Assembly: GCF_009834535.1 (NCBI RefSeq)
Contig: NC_045707.1
Coordinates: 53,260,001-53,324,000 of the forward strand
Direction: 5' to 3'
From: Camelus ferus
Taxonomy: Eukaryota
Length of the DNA stretch: 64,000 nt
Part shown: one piece after another, positions 36,501 through 50,720 of the stretch
Layout of the letters: each line of letters begins with the position of its first letter
Position numbering within the stretch: the stretch's first letter is position 1
Translations under genes and position numbers: made by a program
Notes under the pieces: model-generated
The model's database searches: none
The model's input: only the letters and a program-made list of their open reading frames with translations
Told to the model about the DNA's origin: nothing

Positions 36501-39500
36501 GCGTTTGTACTGAAGGGTTCTTCTGGATTTGGGGACTGTCTGGTGTCGCTGTTGGGTGAGCCAGGAGCTGGTGGGGGTCTCCTGGACCGCAGGTGTTTCC
36601 CCTTGGAAACTTGTTTTTTCCTGGAGTTAAGTTGTTGCCCCGACATCTCAAATGAGGGACAGGTCTTGGGTTCTGACGGAGCTAGAGCCCTGTCCTGGGA
36701 CCTCACAGCCAGGAAACGCCGGGTGGCTCTTCAGGTTGTGGTGTGTCCTTCCATGAGGACGGTGTGTCCCTTCCTGGGTGTGGGACGCCTGGGGCTGTGG
36801 GCGAGGCCCCGCCATCCGCTCTTGGTGTGATCCATCGTCTGTGGAGGCTGCATCTCAAACACAGCTGCTGTGAGGACGAGACAGTGACCGTCCACGCAGA
36901 TGGTGCCCACATCTCAGAGGGGCCACCCGGGCACCTTCCCAGAAGAGCTGGCCAGTTTTCCCTGCGACAAAGCATGGTTCCTGAAGACAGCCTTCGTGCA
37001 GTGGGTCTGCGGTGGCCCCGGGTCAGCAGGCCCAGTCCCTTCCCAGGGGAGGAGCTGCCTCGGGCCGAGGTTCGGTTTCTGAAGGTTGGCTTTTGACCGG
37101 CCCTCTTGGGAAGCGATGGCGGTTGCTGCCGAGGGAAGGAAGCACCGAGGGTTTGTCCTGATGAGGGGAAGGGGCTGTCGGCAGAGGACACTCTCTCTAA
37201 ACTTCCGGGGAATTCTGTCAGGTTGAGGCATTTCCAAGGGTGTCAATTTCCAAGGTGACGATTGCTGTGTTGACAGGCATGGGTAGGCGTGGCCTCCTGC
37301 TGGTGGAGTGTGACCTGGCGCACAGACAAGTCCTCAGGGTGCTGGTGTTCCCGGTGGGGTTGCCATGGTGGCTGCGGTGTCCCCAGCAGCACCTGGTGGG
37401 GGATAAGCTTTATGTTAATGTCTGTTTATCTTAATGATCTATTTATGCCAAGTAGTCTATTAAAATAATATTATGGCAGTTACATGAGGTTTGATTTGGA
37501 GCAAAGTTAAATAAACAGTAAGTCGATTTAAAGAAACTTACTGAGTAAATGCTGTGAGGATGGGGCGTGGATGACGAGTTTGGGTAAAAACCGCCTGGAG
37601 TCCTGGAATAAGCAGACTTCATCTCCCCGAGCCTCTCGGCTTTGACCTTGTACCCTGATCCCTCGGGGCCTGGGCTGCCCTCGGGCTGAGGATCTGTGAG
37701 CTGGGAGGGTGGAGGGGGTGAACGTGAGAAGCAGGGTGGCCTCTTGTGCTCAGAAGCCAATTTTTGGAAATACTGCTTTTTGGTTTTTCAACCCAAATAG
37801 CAAGTGTGGAAACAGCCTTTGGGATTTGTTTGAGGCCAGAAATAAAAATGGGCAAGAAATTTCAAGAGTGACAAGTGTCTCTGGAGCCCTGCCTCCTGCG
37901 GCTGGGGCCCTCCTGGCTCAGGGCTGTCCTCATGCCCTGGACCTGGCCGAGTGCGGCCACAGCAGAAGCGGGCGTGAGGGTCAGGGGCACCGAGCGAAAG
38001 ACACGGTCGAGCAGAGAACCTTCGTCCCGGGAGTGAGGGCCGGAGGGGAAAGGGGAGGCGGGCCCTGGGCTGGTCCTGTGCTCACAGCAGGGCTGTGGGC
38101 CCCACACTCTGGTTCCCTGGAGGCTCCGGGCAGGCTCCCATCCTGGCAGGGCTGTCTGATGAGGGAGATGATGAGCCTGAGCTGGTGTTGCCACCCTGGG
38201 GCTGGGGGTCAGCTTTGATTTTCCCTCATCAGCTGTGTCTGGGTCATCACGGTCTAGCACGACTCTCTCCAGGGGACAGTTAACTCTATGACTTTCTGCT
38301 CTCGAGTCAGGACCTGAGTCAGCCGGGTCCGCGCCACACTCCCCGCCAGGATGGTGCTGCTCTGGCCTGTCCGCTGGGCCCCTCCCCAGGCAACTGTCCT
38401 GAGATTACGCTTGGGTCACAGGTCCCTCCTCTTCCCTCAGGCAGGTTCTCGGCCCCTCGTCCTGCACACTGGCCCCTGCTGCATGGCCAGTAACCGGCCT
38501 GCCCTTCATCCCCAATCATCACCTGCCCTTTGCTTACGTGAGACCCCACCTTCGCCGCCAGTCTGTCTGAGCCTCCCTCCTGTGTCCTTGGGATGCTACA
38601 GAGCAGAGGCAGGGGTGGTGACCACCAAGACTTGCTTCTTACACACCTGTGCCCCCACTGCCCTGCACTCACCCTCTGTCCCCCGTTTACCTCCCAGCAC
38701 TGACCCGGTGTCGCTGACCTGACTGCCCTGTGCACCCAGGCCATAATATCCCCCATTCTCACGGGATGTCTGTGCTTCTCCAGAGCCTAGTCCCTGATTG
38801 CCTTTGGGGTCTGGGGTTTCCTCCCCTGTGCAGGTTGCAAGTTCATCAGGGTCAGGTCCATGCTGTCCCAGCATTTGTGCACGGGAACAGGAATCCGCAG
38901 CTGACCTGGTGATGGTCACGCCTGCGCCTGGAGGGCTGCGTGGGCCTCGCCGTGTGCCCCGGCCAGTGCTGGGCACAGTGTGCCATCTGTGCTGCAGCAT
39001 CCCCGCCTGCAAGGTGGCAGCTGAGCAGAGCACGGGCACCTCTGGGTTGTGGGCTGATGAGCCCCTGTCGGAGAAGCTGGCTGTGCAGTAAGCGCGGGGG
39101 CCGTGGGCTGGGGGCTGGCGTGACTCCTGAGCCTTGGGTTTTCATAATAATAAGCGTTGGAATGTGTGACCCCCGGCAGTCGGGCTGGGACCCCAGGAGG
39201 GACCTGGGGACAGGGTTGAGGCCCCCCAGAGCCTGCAGCTGGAGAGCCTTTTTCACCCTTTCCTCCCCCCTTCGGATGTCCCATTCCTCTGGTTTCCACA
39301 TCACCCACTGGAGCCAGACACTCAGGGTGCTCGGGGTATATAACGACCCCCCCCCAGCCCACTCGGTTCTCAGCATCCCCAGCACAGGGGGAGGGGGGAC
39401 TGAAAGAGGCTCCTTGCGACCCCACAGCCACCCCTCAGTGGGGCTGCCCCTGTGTCTGCAGACCCTCCGCCCTGACACCCTCCCCACCGTGTCTCCTGGC

Positions 39501-42500
39501 CCCTGTGCCGCAGGGTTCCCGTTCTAGGAGCCCCCGTCCTCACCGCATTCTTTAGCCCCATTCCTCTCAAGGCCCTGCCCACGAGCTCTTCTTGGCTCCC
39601 TGTCTGTCGTCTCTGCTCCTTGACCCTCTGGGGGCCTCCCCTCCAGCCCCAGCCTCCTGGAGGCTCTGGCCTCCCTGTGCATTGTTCAAGCATGTTGTCT
39701 CCCTTCCTGTCTCGTCTCTGGTCCTTTTCCCTCCTGGGAACCCTGCAGTGAGTCAGGGAGTGGATTTTCTTCTTGTCCAAAAGACAGGTGTGGACCGTGC
39801 CTCCTTAGAGGGGCCTGTCCTTAGACCACAGCGTCGGCCTCCACTGCGAGGCTCACGAGCAGAGGTCAGTGCAGCCGCCCTTGGGGAGCCCAGAGCGGGG
39901 GCACCCTCGGGCAGCATGGTGGCCACGCACAGTGAGGGAGCACCCCGTCTGCATTATTTATTATTTCTGCCTGCTGCTTGGTGCACACGTCTGAGAAGAA
40001 GCCCATGCGGATGCGCTGTCTCCCTGCGCGGAGTGGAATTCTAAACACAGGCCCACAGAGGTCCAGAGGAAGGTGCCACGTCAGTTACTCAAGAGGGGCG
40101 TGCACGGTCTCCCACTATCACGAGTCCCAGGTCTTTCAAAAGGGATTTATTTCTTAACTGTCCACTAAGTGACCTTTCCAGTTGTAATTTTCTGCTCCTA
40201 GTTCTCAGGGCACTTGGTCGAGTGAGTTGAGTTTTCTCCTAAGTGTGAGAAGTGTTAACTTAACATCAGTTGTTTAGGTGACACGTCCAGAATCAGAGCC
40301 CGACTGGTTCATTTTCCCTCAGTAGTGAGCACGTGCCGTGTATGTAAGTAGGTTTCTGCAGGTACCTACACGCACACATGGAACACACGCTCACACTGGT
40401 CTCTGTATACGTTACGTGGTCACAGGTATTAATTTGGTCAGCAGTTCGTCCCTTTGAACAAGGTTTGGGGAGGTTCTTCTTTCTGCTGGCCTTAGTCTCA
40501 CCTGGCACCTCGCCCTGTGTCATCGGGGTGGACGGCCCTGTCCGTCCTGCAGGAGGGACGCTGGTTCCACCCCTGTAGCTGCAGGATGCGGGCGGCAGCT
40601 GGCCTTCTGGGCACAGCTGGGCAGAGCGGGTGGCGTGAGGGCCGGGGATGTGAGAGCTGCCGGGCCAGGCCCAAGTGCCACTCACAGCTGCCCGGGGCCC
40701 GGAGGAAAGCTGGCATCGTGGGGCAGTCTTCTGGACAGACCGGCACGATGCTGCGGCTGGAAGTGTGTGCGGATTTCTGCACGTGCAGGCGGGGGCGCGT
40801 GACCAGCAAAGGGAGGGTGAGATTGGCTCCTGGGAACACGGCTGCTGCCGGGGCCGCTGTGATGAGTAATAGACCCATTAGATTGCAGTGAAGTGCGTGA
40901 TGATGTGTAATTAGGGGTGGCATCAGTCAGGCAGGAACCACAGCGTTAAAGACGTGCGCAGGATCGTTTCCCAGGCTGAAATGCTCCCCGTGACTTGAGC
41001 GGGACGTGGAGCGCGTGCATTTGACTCATGCGTCTGCTGCTGTGTTTCCAGACCGGCTGCTGCTCGGCAGGACAGCTGGTGTCCTCTTAAGTCTCCAGTA
41101 TTTGTAGTGACAGCGGCCACCGTGGTTTTAAAAAGCTATTTTAGGCAACTCAACAGCTGGCAGAACGGTTCTGATTGGCGACTTTACCAAAAAAGCAGCT
41201 ATTTTTGTTCTTGTGGAGCAGGCAGAGCCCAGCTGAGCACTGGTCTGACACTCGTCGGCACTTCCCAGCTTCGGCTCCAAGCCCCTCCCTCCCTCCCCTT
41301 CGTGGCTTATTCAGCCGTGGGCTCTGGGCGGGGGCAGCGAACCCCCCCCCCCCCGGCCGCCGTCCACCTGACTGTTCAGACCTCTCTGTCGGACGCCTGG
41401 AGCCCGCCTGTCCCACGGGGCCTTGGCTGGAGCTCCAGACTGTTTAATCAGAATCCAGCGTCTGGCAGACACTTCAGTTGTTAATCCGGCTGCTGTTGGT
41501 AGCTGTGTGGACAGTCACTTCGGACCCTCTCCTTGGCCCGGGCCTCCTAGCATCTCACAGACTCCAGACGGAGCGCTCCCTCCCCGGGACGGCACAGACG
41601 GGGGAGCTGGGCTCACTTGGTTTCGAGTGCTGTCTGGCCGCCTGTGCCCCTACCGGCGTCCACCGCCCGCTGTCTGGGTGGAAGGGGAGAACCATGCATA
41701 CCCCAGGCGTCCGCGGCCCTGTGTGATGGGCTCGGGGCCACGGCCGAGACCTCGCAGGGGCGGAGTTGAGTCTCTGATCCCCGGAGGTCACGTCGTCAGG
41801 GTCAAGGCCAGGGTCGTGGGGATGCCGGCAGGGACTGTGAGTAAAGTGTGAGTTGACAGATTTCAGGTTCACCGGAGATGTAATCATAAAATTCTATAGT
41901 CTAATTGGATTAACTTAGGGTAAAAAAAGCCGTTGAGTTCTCTTTGTAATCCATAGACAATGTTCTTATACTAGACAATTGAAAGTCCTTGAGAAGACTG
42001 AGGCCTGTCCTTTATCAGCCCAGTGCCAGGTGGGCTGGAAGCCACTATCCCCCTGGGAGGGATGTGGAACTCAGCTCTTCTGCTCTGGAAAGTTCCCACC
42101 AGGGACGTGGACTCAGGTGTGGGTCAGTTCTTACACCCTTTAAAGCAGCTGTTAGGTTAAGGCCGTGGGCATGAGTCCGGGAGGCATGGAAACCCTGGTT
42201 TGGGCTGAATTGGACGAAACATCAACAGACAGACACAGAAACAGCCTGGCTCGTTCGACGCAGCGTCTCCCGGTCTCCCACAGGCGTGCGGTGCCCCCAG
42301 GGGCCCTCAGCACACGGCCGGGCCGCCAGCAAGAGGCGGTGGATGCCTAGCAGTTCCAGGAGTGGTGGGCGTTGTATGGTGTCTGTGACAGGCACCCAGG
42401 CGGAGAGGAGTGTCAGGTGCTTTGTTTTGGAGAAAGGAGACAAGGAGGAGACGGCCCTGTGTACAGCCAGGGTGCTGGATATTTTCAATTTAATTTCATC

Positions 42501-42577
42501 TCATTCCTGCCTTCACAAAACCTCACTGCAGTTGGTGGCTGAGATCTGCACCTGAGGGCTGGGGTGCTGGGGTACTT

Positions 42578-42748
42578 TTGTAAATAGTGCTCCTGTGAAC
42601 ACTGGGGTGCATGTGTCTTTACAAATGAGAGTTTTTTTCTGGATATATGCCCAGGTGTGCGGTTGCTGGATAATCTGATAAGTCTATTTGTAGTTTTTTA
42701 AGGAACCGCCATACTGTCCTCCATAGTGGCTGCACTAGTTTTCATTTG
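42578..42748 (-). mobile_element. LINE-1 ORF2 3' fragment
   Basis: gtaaatagtgctcctgtgaacactggggtgcatgtgtcttt...ctggatatatgcccagg...ttttaaggaaccgccatactgtcctccatagtggctgcac. Its reverse complement is similar to 17085-17190. Confidence 0.88.
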
Positions 42749-45700
42749 AGGTGGGAGATTCTACTGGCCGTTCAGAGGACAAGGTGGGAACTTGGCGGCT
42801 GTGCAGGACGGCTCCCTGCGGGCAGGCTGGGCAGACTGCGAGGGCACAGCCCAGGCGGTGTCAGGACCCTCAAGAGCCTTGACATTCTCTCTCTCCGCAT
42901 ACTTTGGGCTGTCTTTTGGGCTTGTTCAAACTCATATCATCTGACAGAGAGGTTCCGTCCAGTTGCCTACAAGGGAAGTGGTTTCTGCCTCTTCCCAAGA
43001 CACTTAATGTGCAGTTGTCTGTGGGCTTTATTGAGTCTGACAATTTTAAAAACCCACACGCATGTGTTCTGAGAGGTGACCAGGAAGTGCGCTCCCGGTC
43101 AGTCCCACGGAAGCCCCAGACCTGCTCACACCCCGACTGGATCGGAATCCCCAGTTCCAGAGTCAGGGCTGAGGCCAGTTTGGCGCCTGGACAGTGGGAC
43201 TTCCCTCCACGACCCTGGTGCTCACGTTTGATCACTTCCCCCTTTGGTGACCTGGCCTTGGTGTCACTTTGTCTTGACGGCTCTCTGAGGGGTCTGTACG
43301 TCACCCTGTTCAGGCAACAGAGGAGGTCGGCTTATGGAGACGTGAAGGCTGGTGAGGTTGGAGGGTTTCACCCCTGAGGTAGACAGAGTTCTCGGCTCTG
43401 GTCTGTTTGTCAGATTCGTGGACTGGCAGGTGTTTGCAAATTTGTTTGTTCACTAACCCAGCGTTTCCAGAGCGCAGACAAGGTGGGCTCATGGCTCCTC
43501 TTCACAAGCCCAGTCCCCTGACTGCTCAGAGGGCAGCAGATGAGATCTTGGTTGTTGCTTTGACTTAAAAGTGAGCTCTGAGCAGAAATTTATTTTTAAG
43601 GCTCTCCAGAATCGGTAAAGGGACAAGGTTGCCTCCACTTGTGGATTTTTCCAGGTAGGTGAACTTTAGATTGAGGTGGGCAGTTTTGAACAGCACGACC
43701 TTAATAGGGGTTAATTCATTTTTCACCAGCTCTTAGCTGTCATGCCAGTAGACTAGTTTTTAACATGCATCTTAGTTTTGCGTTTTAATTATTTCCGGGG
43801 TAAGTGCTGATTTCTTTTTCCTGGGAGTTCTTTGAACATTTTATGCTAATACTTCACGTATCTGGATCACTTAGATTAAAACGCTTCAGTGAGCAAGTGA
43901 GGGAGACGCACGAGGCCCCACGACTGTCTGTATTTATATCCACGGGAGACCTCCCCCGACCCCGTCTCCTTCTACTTTGGGTTAACACGCTGGGAAAATT
44001 CACTTACTCAGCCTGCGTTCCCGGGTGCCTGCGTAGCGCTAAGTGCTGGGAATTCAAAGGGTAATAGCCTTTGAACATACAATCTAGTCGGGAGGAAAAC
44101 AGACTGTAGCATAGTTATTTTGCAAAGCTCGAGTTAAGTGGTCATTGTCGAAGTTCATAAAATACATGAGATGCAGAGGAGGGAGCCAGTTATGGAAAGG
44201 TCACTTCAGGGAGGGCTGGACGGAGGTGCTTTGGAAGAAGAAGGATGAGTAACGGGAGAGGGTCTCCGACTAGGTGGAACTCCGCCTGCAGAGGTATGTT
44301 GAGACCACGTGGTTCACAATTTCTGGGTCTAAAGGCTGGAGGGGTGTAGAAGCCGGTCAGCAGGCGCAACGTGGGTGGAAGCCAGGCTCGGCCTGGAACC
44401 TACGTCCCGGGATGGGCATCGCTGGATGGCTGTGGGCAGAGATGATGTGTGTTTGGGGGAGAAGGAGCCTTGTGGCCGGAGGTGGGGTGGGTCATTGGGG
44501 GTGAGGTCATGTAGAGGCTCTGTGTTTTGGCTGAGAGGGGACGGCCCCACCAGCACCATGGAGGTGGGAAGACGAGAGAACTGGGGGCCAGACCGAGGGG
44601 CGGAGCAGCGAGCCCTTCCCTGGGCGGGGGTCAGGCTTCTTCTAGCTCTGTCACCTGCCTGCCGGGTGACATTCTTTAATGTCCCCAAATCTGAGACAAG
44701 AAGTTCTCTTTACTGGGCATAGGGACCTACCTGTCAGCGATGGTGACGTTCATCTTGGAGAGGTCTTTCCTTGGAGACACTCCCAGCCCTGGGCCGGGAC
44801 GAGGGGGACAGCTCTCTTATCTGGGGCCCCTTGGAGGGGTGCTAACAGGAAGGGTGCACGCTCAGCCTGGGGCTGGAGAACAGGAGAGCCATGCATGGCA
44901 GGGGCTTTCACGTCTATAAGGGCACTTGTGTGGGAAGCGGTGAATGTAACAAGCAGGCAGGAACTCATTGGACATGAAATGGTTGGGAAAAGGGTTTCTT
45001 AACTTGGGACCATGGCTCCCTAGAGGGTCCGTGGACAGACTTGGGGGCCCCGTGACCCCAGGACCGTGTGCGAAGTCGATGCTGTGATTACTTGTGGAGC
45101 TCCTGTTCTCCTGGGACTGTTGGATTCTCCTGGGGGGATGTGACCCCCACAGGTTAGAGTCAAGGTCTAGAGCAAGAACAGGGGTCCAGACGTGTTGGGG
45201 TGGGCGCGGGAGGAGGGCCGCCTGGGGGTCCAGACCTCGCCGAGACCCTGCTCCTGTAAAGGAGTCTAACCCTCTGAACAACTGGGGACAGGGATGCCCC
45301 AGGGGAAGGTCACAGGAGCCCCTCAGCTGGTCCTCTGCGGGTTTAGACGTGGGGCGTGTCACAGCCAGGAGACCACGCTTGGTTTGTTTGGCTGAGTGTC
45401 TGATGACTTGTTTGTCTGATCCGTCCTTCTCCTTTGAGGTGGGGCTTCCTTCCTAAACAAGAAGTTTCTCGGGAGGAAGAGGCTTCTCTGATTGGTGCTT
45501 CTACCTCCCAGAGCACCTCGCGTACTCAGAAAGGCAGCAGACCTAACCGCCCAGATCCTTCTCCTAACTGTCCAAACATGTTTCCTCCTTGAGTATAAGC
45601 AAAGCAAACAACCCTCACCCTGCACTAAGGCGCTGCCCCTTCCGCCTGTCCCGCCACATGCGAACGGTCCAGGCGAGGCTCCACCGGCCCAGAGAAGCGC

Positions 45701-48700
45701 CCTCCCCGGCTTCCCACTCTGCAGCGTCCTGCTGTGTAACTTTGATGACACGGGGCACCCTTTCCTCCCTCCTGGAATCCTCATGGTGCATTCCTTGTGT
45801 TGCTCACTTAGATCTAATTAACATCTTTAATTGGCATGTTCTGTAGCTCTGGGAACCGCTTATTGGGTTTCATAGGTGTCTCTGGCAGCACAAAATGTTC
45901 AATGAGCGAAATGATTGTTCCAGTGAAATGAACATGCACATTCACTGAGTTAACAAACGAGTTAAGTGATGACTTCATGGAAACTCCTGAGACAGTGGTT
46001 TGGGATTATCTTCTCAGCGTAAGATATGGAAATGGACACTGTGTGTGGAGGTTTTGGAGGAGAGAAATGTGCCTTTTCTTTTAGACAGTAAAAAACACCG
46101 TGTGTCCGTGTGTGGTTTTCACCAGAAAGAGCATGTGTAGTAAACGGGTTTGTGTCCTTTGTGCCTGGAGGCTGCCGGTGCGACGGGAGGGAGGGTTGTG
46201 GGTGTCTCCGCCCAGGGGGTGGGTGTCACTGCGGGGATAGGGAAACAGCCACATTGGGTTTGAATTCCCTGCTCTGGTTCTGGACACGAGGCCCAGCGCG
46301 TAGGAGGGCGGTGTGACTAGGTGGGCGAGAGGCGGTTGGAGCTGCTGGGACTCTGCCTGACTCCTTGCGCAGCTGGGGACGTGGAATCCCGGTCCAGGCC
46401 ATTTTCATCGTCTGCCGGCTGTGGGGACCGGTCAGCTCAGGGATGGGTAACTGGGCACAGCTGGACTAGATGGAGCCCTTTCCATCCTTAGTCTAAACCA
46501 CATTCCTTTCCTGGGCCTGGTGCCCAGTGTCCCCGGGGGACCCCCGCTCCTCACTCACCAGCGTTTCAGGTCCTGGTTTTCTCATCTGTAGGTGGAGACG
46601 CACATGTCTGGCCTGTGCTGTGCTGGGTGCCTGGTCGCTCTGTGACGTGGGGTCTGCCCCCAGGACAGTCACATGTGACCCGAGTAGATTAGACCCACTG
46701 GTGATGCTGCATCTGGAATGTTCTCTGATCGCTATTAGGGATGTGAATCGACCAGAGTCATGGGACGGGGCAGGTTGTCAGGTCCTGACGTAAGAAGCCC
46801 CACGTAAGGCAAGCTCAGTGTGTGTGCGTTTGTTTCAGACAGAGGAGGACTCTGGCCGTTAGGGCTTCAGAGGAGGGGGGCGACCTCTGTTTGTTTCTTT
46901 GGGAACGTGCTTCACATCCTTATCTGAAGAGGCCCGTTGGCTGGGCAGATTGGGAAGGAAGTCTCATTCACCTGGGGCACAGAGCGGCGCAGACACCCTG
47001 AGGCCAGGCATGCGGGTCTGAGGGTCGGGTGGGGGTCCCCGGCAGAGAGGGCCCGGCCGAGCCTGGATGGGACGGCCCAGGACCCCGTTTGTTCCCGCGC
47101 TCGGCTCCGGGGGAAGAAGAGGAGCTGGCAGGAGGTGGGCAGCGTCGTGCACTTTAGGTGAACAAGACTCATCCGGGATATGAAACTGCGATTTTATGTG
47201 ATCAAGTTGGCTCGTTGCATGGTTAACTGCCTTGCCTCAGCAGGAGACGGGGCGATGGCTCCCTAGGCCCTGGGTAGGGGGAGGTGCACTCCCTGGAGGG
47301 CCCTGGGTTGGGCTAGCGGGAAAACAGGTGTGGTTACAGCAGTGGAGACCCAGAGACTCTGAGACCCAGACCCCAGGGCCCTGGGGCTCCCTGCCGCCAG
47401 AGTCACAGCACCCCCGGCCCCCTGACTCTGGCTCTTGCTTCTGGACACAGCTCTTACAGAAGCAAGAGAAGACCGTCTGGTCTGCAGTGTGTCTTGCGCT
47501 GTCCCCCTCCTCCTCAGCTCCAGGGGGCTGCTGTCCTTCTGGGACGAGACACGTCTGCACCTCCAGGCTGCTGAGGGGTCAGTGGTCCCCTCCTCTCTCA
47601 GGAGGGGAGGCCCCTCGTCCGGCTGCTGGGGGAGTGGTTCCTTGCAGAGTGCTTCATTCAGCTTCAAATTTTCACCATCACAGCTCGTGGTGCTGCTGTC
47701 AGTGTGGCTTTTGAGGCTTTGGGGGCGGCCCCGTTGCAAAAGCAAAATACCGCAATTTGGCTATTTATCGACATCCGTGAACACAGTAGAAATGGCTCCT
47801 GCTTCCTGGCTGCTCCCTTAAGTGCAGTTGAAAGGGAGAAAGTGTTTGCTTTTCTGGGGCTTTTATTCTAGCACTTTTTGTATTTAATAAAAGAGTCGGA
47901 AAATACGTCTGAAGTGCTCTTTTCAGTCTGAAGAACAGAGGCTGCTTCTGTGGGAGGGAGGCAGCTCCAGCCTCCCTGGGCCTGAGGGAGGACGTGGGGC
48001 GGGGGACCCCAGCTCCAGCCCAGACCCGGGGCTCCCGCGCACCCGCAGAGGGTCCGGTGTCTCCTGGGTGGAAAGCTGCGTGCGATGCTGCAGTGATAGC
48101 CCGGCCTCGGGTGTCTCAGGAGGACTGGGGTGACACCTGACTCTGGGGGGCCCGGCTGCGTGCTTCGCCCCCGGCGGGGGCGTGTTATGTGCTTGACCCT
48201 CCCCACTTTCCATGTCGCTTCCTTGTCATCCCTCCTGGAGAAAAATGACCCTCGCAACCAGACTGTAGTTTCTCCACAAAGAGTTTTATTTAGCAAAACA
48301 GAAATGCCTTGTCATTTCTGTCAGTGTTCTCATCGTTCACATCTCCCACCAAATGACTTCCTAGTTTATCACACACGTATTCCCTGGAATTACATTGACT
48401 CGGTCCTGTTAAATAACCAACGTTGAATCAAAAGCCCAGAAAATAGCTTTCATGTTTGCATCACTCTTGGCTGCATGTCTGGAGGGCTGAGCGGTCCTGA
48501 CCGTCTCTTCCAATCCCTCGGGAGGGCCCCCCACCTCAGGGCACAGGTACGGGTCCTCCCACCCCGGGGGGGCCCGGGTTGGCGTCAGGCCGGGAACAAA
48601 CATGCGCGCGAGGGCCTGGGGAGCAGACACGCTGGGAACCGGAGCCATGGTGCCCCGAGCGATCTGTCCGCCGCTGGGAAGGAGGGTGGCGGGACTGCGG

Positions 48701-49309
48701 TGGGCAGCTTCCCAGTGCTTCTGACGCTCACGGCCCTTGCTTTAAACCTTCCCGCAATGGGCTGGTTTGCATCTGTGAGTTCTAACGGAAGCTGCGAAGA
48801 GAATCCCGCTCTTACGGTCACATGGGCACCTTGCTGTTACAGGTTGTTGCTGATGGGTCATAAAGTTGCAGAACGTTGATCCTTATCCTGTGGAGTTTTC
48901 GGCTCTGAGTGAGCAGGTGGCTGATGGAGACGGCAAACGGCCAACCTGTCGTTGCTCCTGATGCTCATGGCGACTGGGGCACGTTTCTTGTACTGTTTTA
49001 TTTCCACAGCCTGCGTGCACGTGAAGTTACCTGCAAACTGTTTGAAAAAATTCACCAAGTGTCTGGTGTCTCTTCCTTTTCCAGGCGGATGACCTGACCC
49101 CTGGGACGGGGTGACCAGTAGGTATAACACACAAGACTGAGGCTCAAATTAATCGTTTTCTGGAGAGTAACCAACTCAGAAAACATTTGATTGCAAAGCA
49201 CTGTTCTACATGTGATGGAAAACATGCAGTGTAGTGTTTTGCCCACCTGAAGTAAACGTTTCTGTGAGGGAGATAACTCCAGTTAATTCTGATAATTGCT
49301 TTAATACGA

Positions 49310-49400
49310 GAGCCAGCAACTCTTCTGTAAAAACCAGCTGAGAAATATTTTACGCTTTCCAGACACGTGCAGTCTGACCTGTGTGGCTGTAGCAAGAAGT
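49310..49400 (+). mobile_element. MER58A-like fragment
   Basis: cagcaactcttctgtaaaaaccagctgagaaatattttacgctttcc. Confidence 0.55.
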
Positions 49401-50344
49401 GGCTGTGGTGAAATCGGGGAGAAACGGGGGGAGGTGTCGAGGAGGCCTCGTGTGCCAAGGGCAGGGAGGAGGAGGTGGGGACGGCGGCCCTTGGTGGGCA
49501 ACAGGGAGGGCACGTGCTTAGGAAAGCGGGTGTGAAGTGAAGGGGTGTCTACTGACCGACGGAGGGCTGGGTGAGGGTCTCTGGGGACTCGAGTGGCCCC
49601 CAGGGCGCAGGCGTTGGTCTTCTTGACCGTTGAGTCCCTACTGTGAATCCTGTTTGGACAAAAAGTAGGGCCAAGTGTGAATCAGTGGTTTGGGGCGACC
49701 CCGGCCCGTTGCCCAGCTGTTCCTGGTCATTCTGGGCAGCCTGGGCATGGGGAGACCCACACCCTCCCTGGGTGCCCACTGACGTGATGGAACGCGGCCA
49801 GTCCCTCTGGGCCTCCGCCGGCTGGGGCGCCACGGTGCAGGTCTGTGCGGTGACCGTGAGCTCCGACTCTGATGAATCTGAATGGACGCTGGAGTCACTT
49901 CAGCTCGTCGTGCAGGTACTGACACGTGCCTGTGTGTCCTGGTTTCATGAATTTTTAATTTATGACATTCTTCTGTGAGATGCCACGTACATCTTCGGTG
50001 GCCGTGTTTAGTCAAGGGCAGTGCACAAAGTCGGGGGTAGTGATGAAGGCGCCTGTGACTTGACGTGGAGCCCGGGGCAGCCGTGGTACCAGTGTACTGA
50101 TGACTGAAATGTCCGTGTGGGAAGAAATCACGTAGCCTGGCTCAGGGGTGAGTGAACAGAGGTAACAGATACAAATTATGAAGAAAATTTTCTCAGTATT
50201 TCTAACGATGGTGTTTTGGACCCCCAAGGACATACCAGAGGCCTCCTGGTTTAAGAGATCTGGAATTAGGTTGAACAATCCACGCTCCCCGGGAAGAGGC
50301 GCCAAGAGGGAGAAAATATACCCCTGGTCACTTCTTTGTCTGCA

Positions 50345-50720
50345 GTTTTTTCAGCGGCTTTATTGGTTTTAATTTACATGCCATCCAGCTCACATGAAGT
50401 GTACAGTTCAGTGCTCGTTCAGAGACTTGTGCAGCCGCCACACAGTCAACATTAAAACGTTTCCATCACCTCCAGAGCCCCTCCGTCCGCAGCCGTGGGC
50501 CACCACTTCCCGCGGCTGCAGACTTCCCTGTGCTGGGTTTCCGTGTGGCAGGTGGCCTTCTGTGCCCAGCTTCTTTCACTTGGCTGAGGTTTTCAAGGCT
50601 CGTCCTTTGGGGCAGGAACCACTCCTTTTCACGGCTGAGGAATATTCCTCTGTGTGGATGATGCCGCGTTGTGTTTATCCGTCACCAAGTGATGGACATT
50701 GGGTCGTTTCCACCTCTATG
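50345..50720 (-). mobile_element. L1MB/ME-like 3'UTR fragment
   Basis: gaagtgtacagttcagtg...ttgtgcagcc...ttccatcacctcca, and ccttttcacggctgaggaatattcc...tgtttatccgtcaccaagtgatggacattgggtcgtttcca. Confidence 0.78.

Noticed and set aside
40857..40985. Possible intronic C/D box snoRNA (GTGATGA...CTGA)
   Set aside because: No convincing terminal stem or recognisable rRNA/snRNA guide. These short motifs occur by chance.
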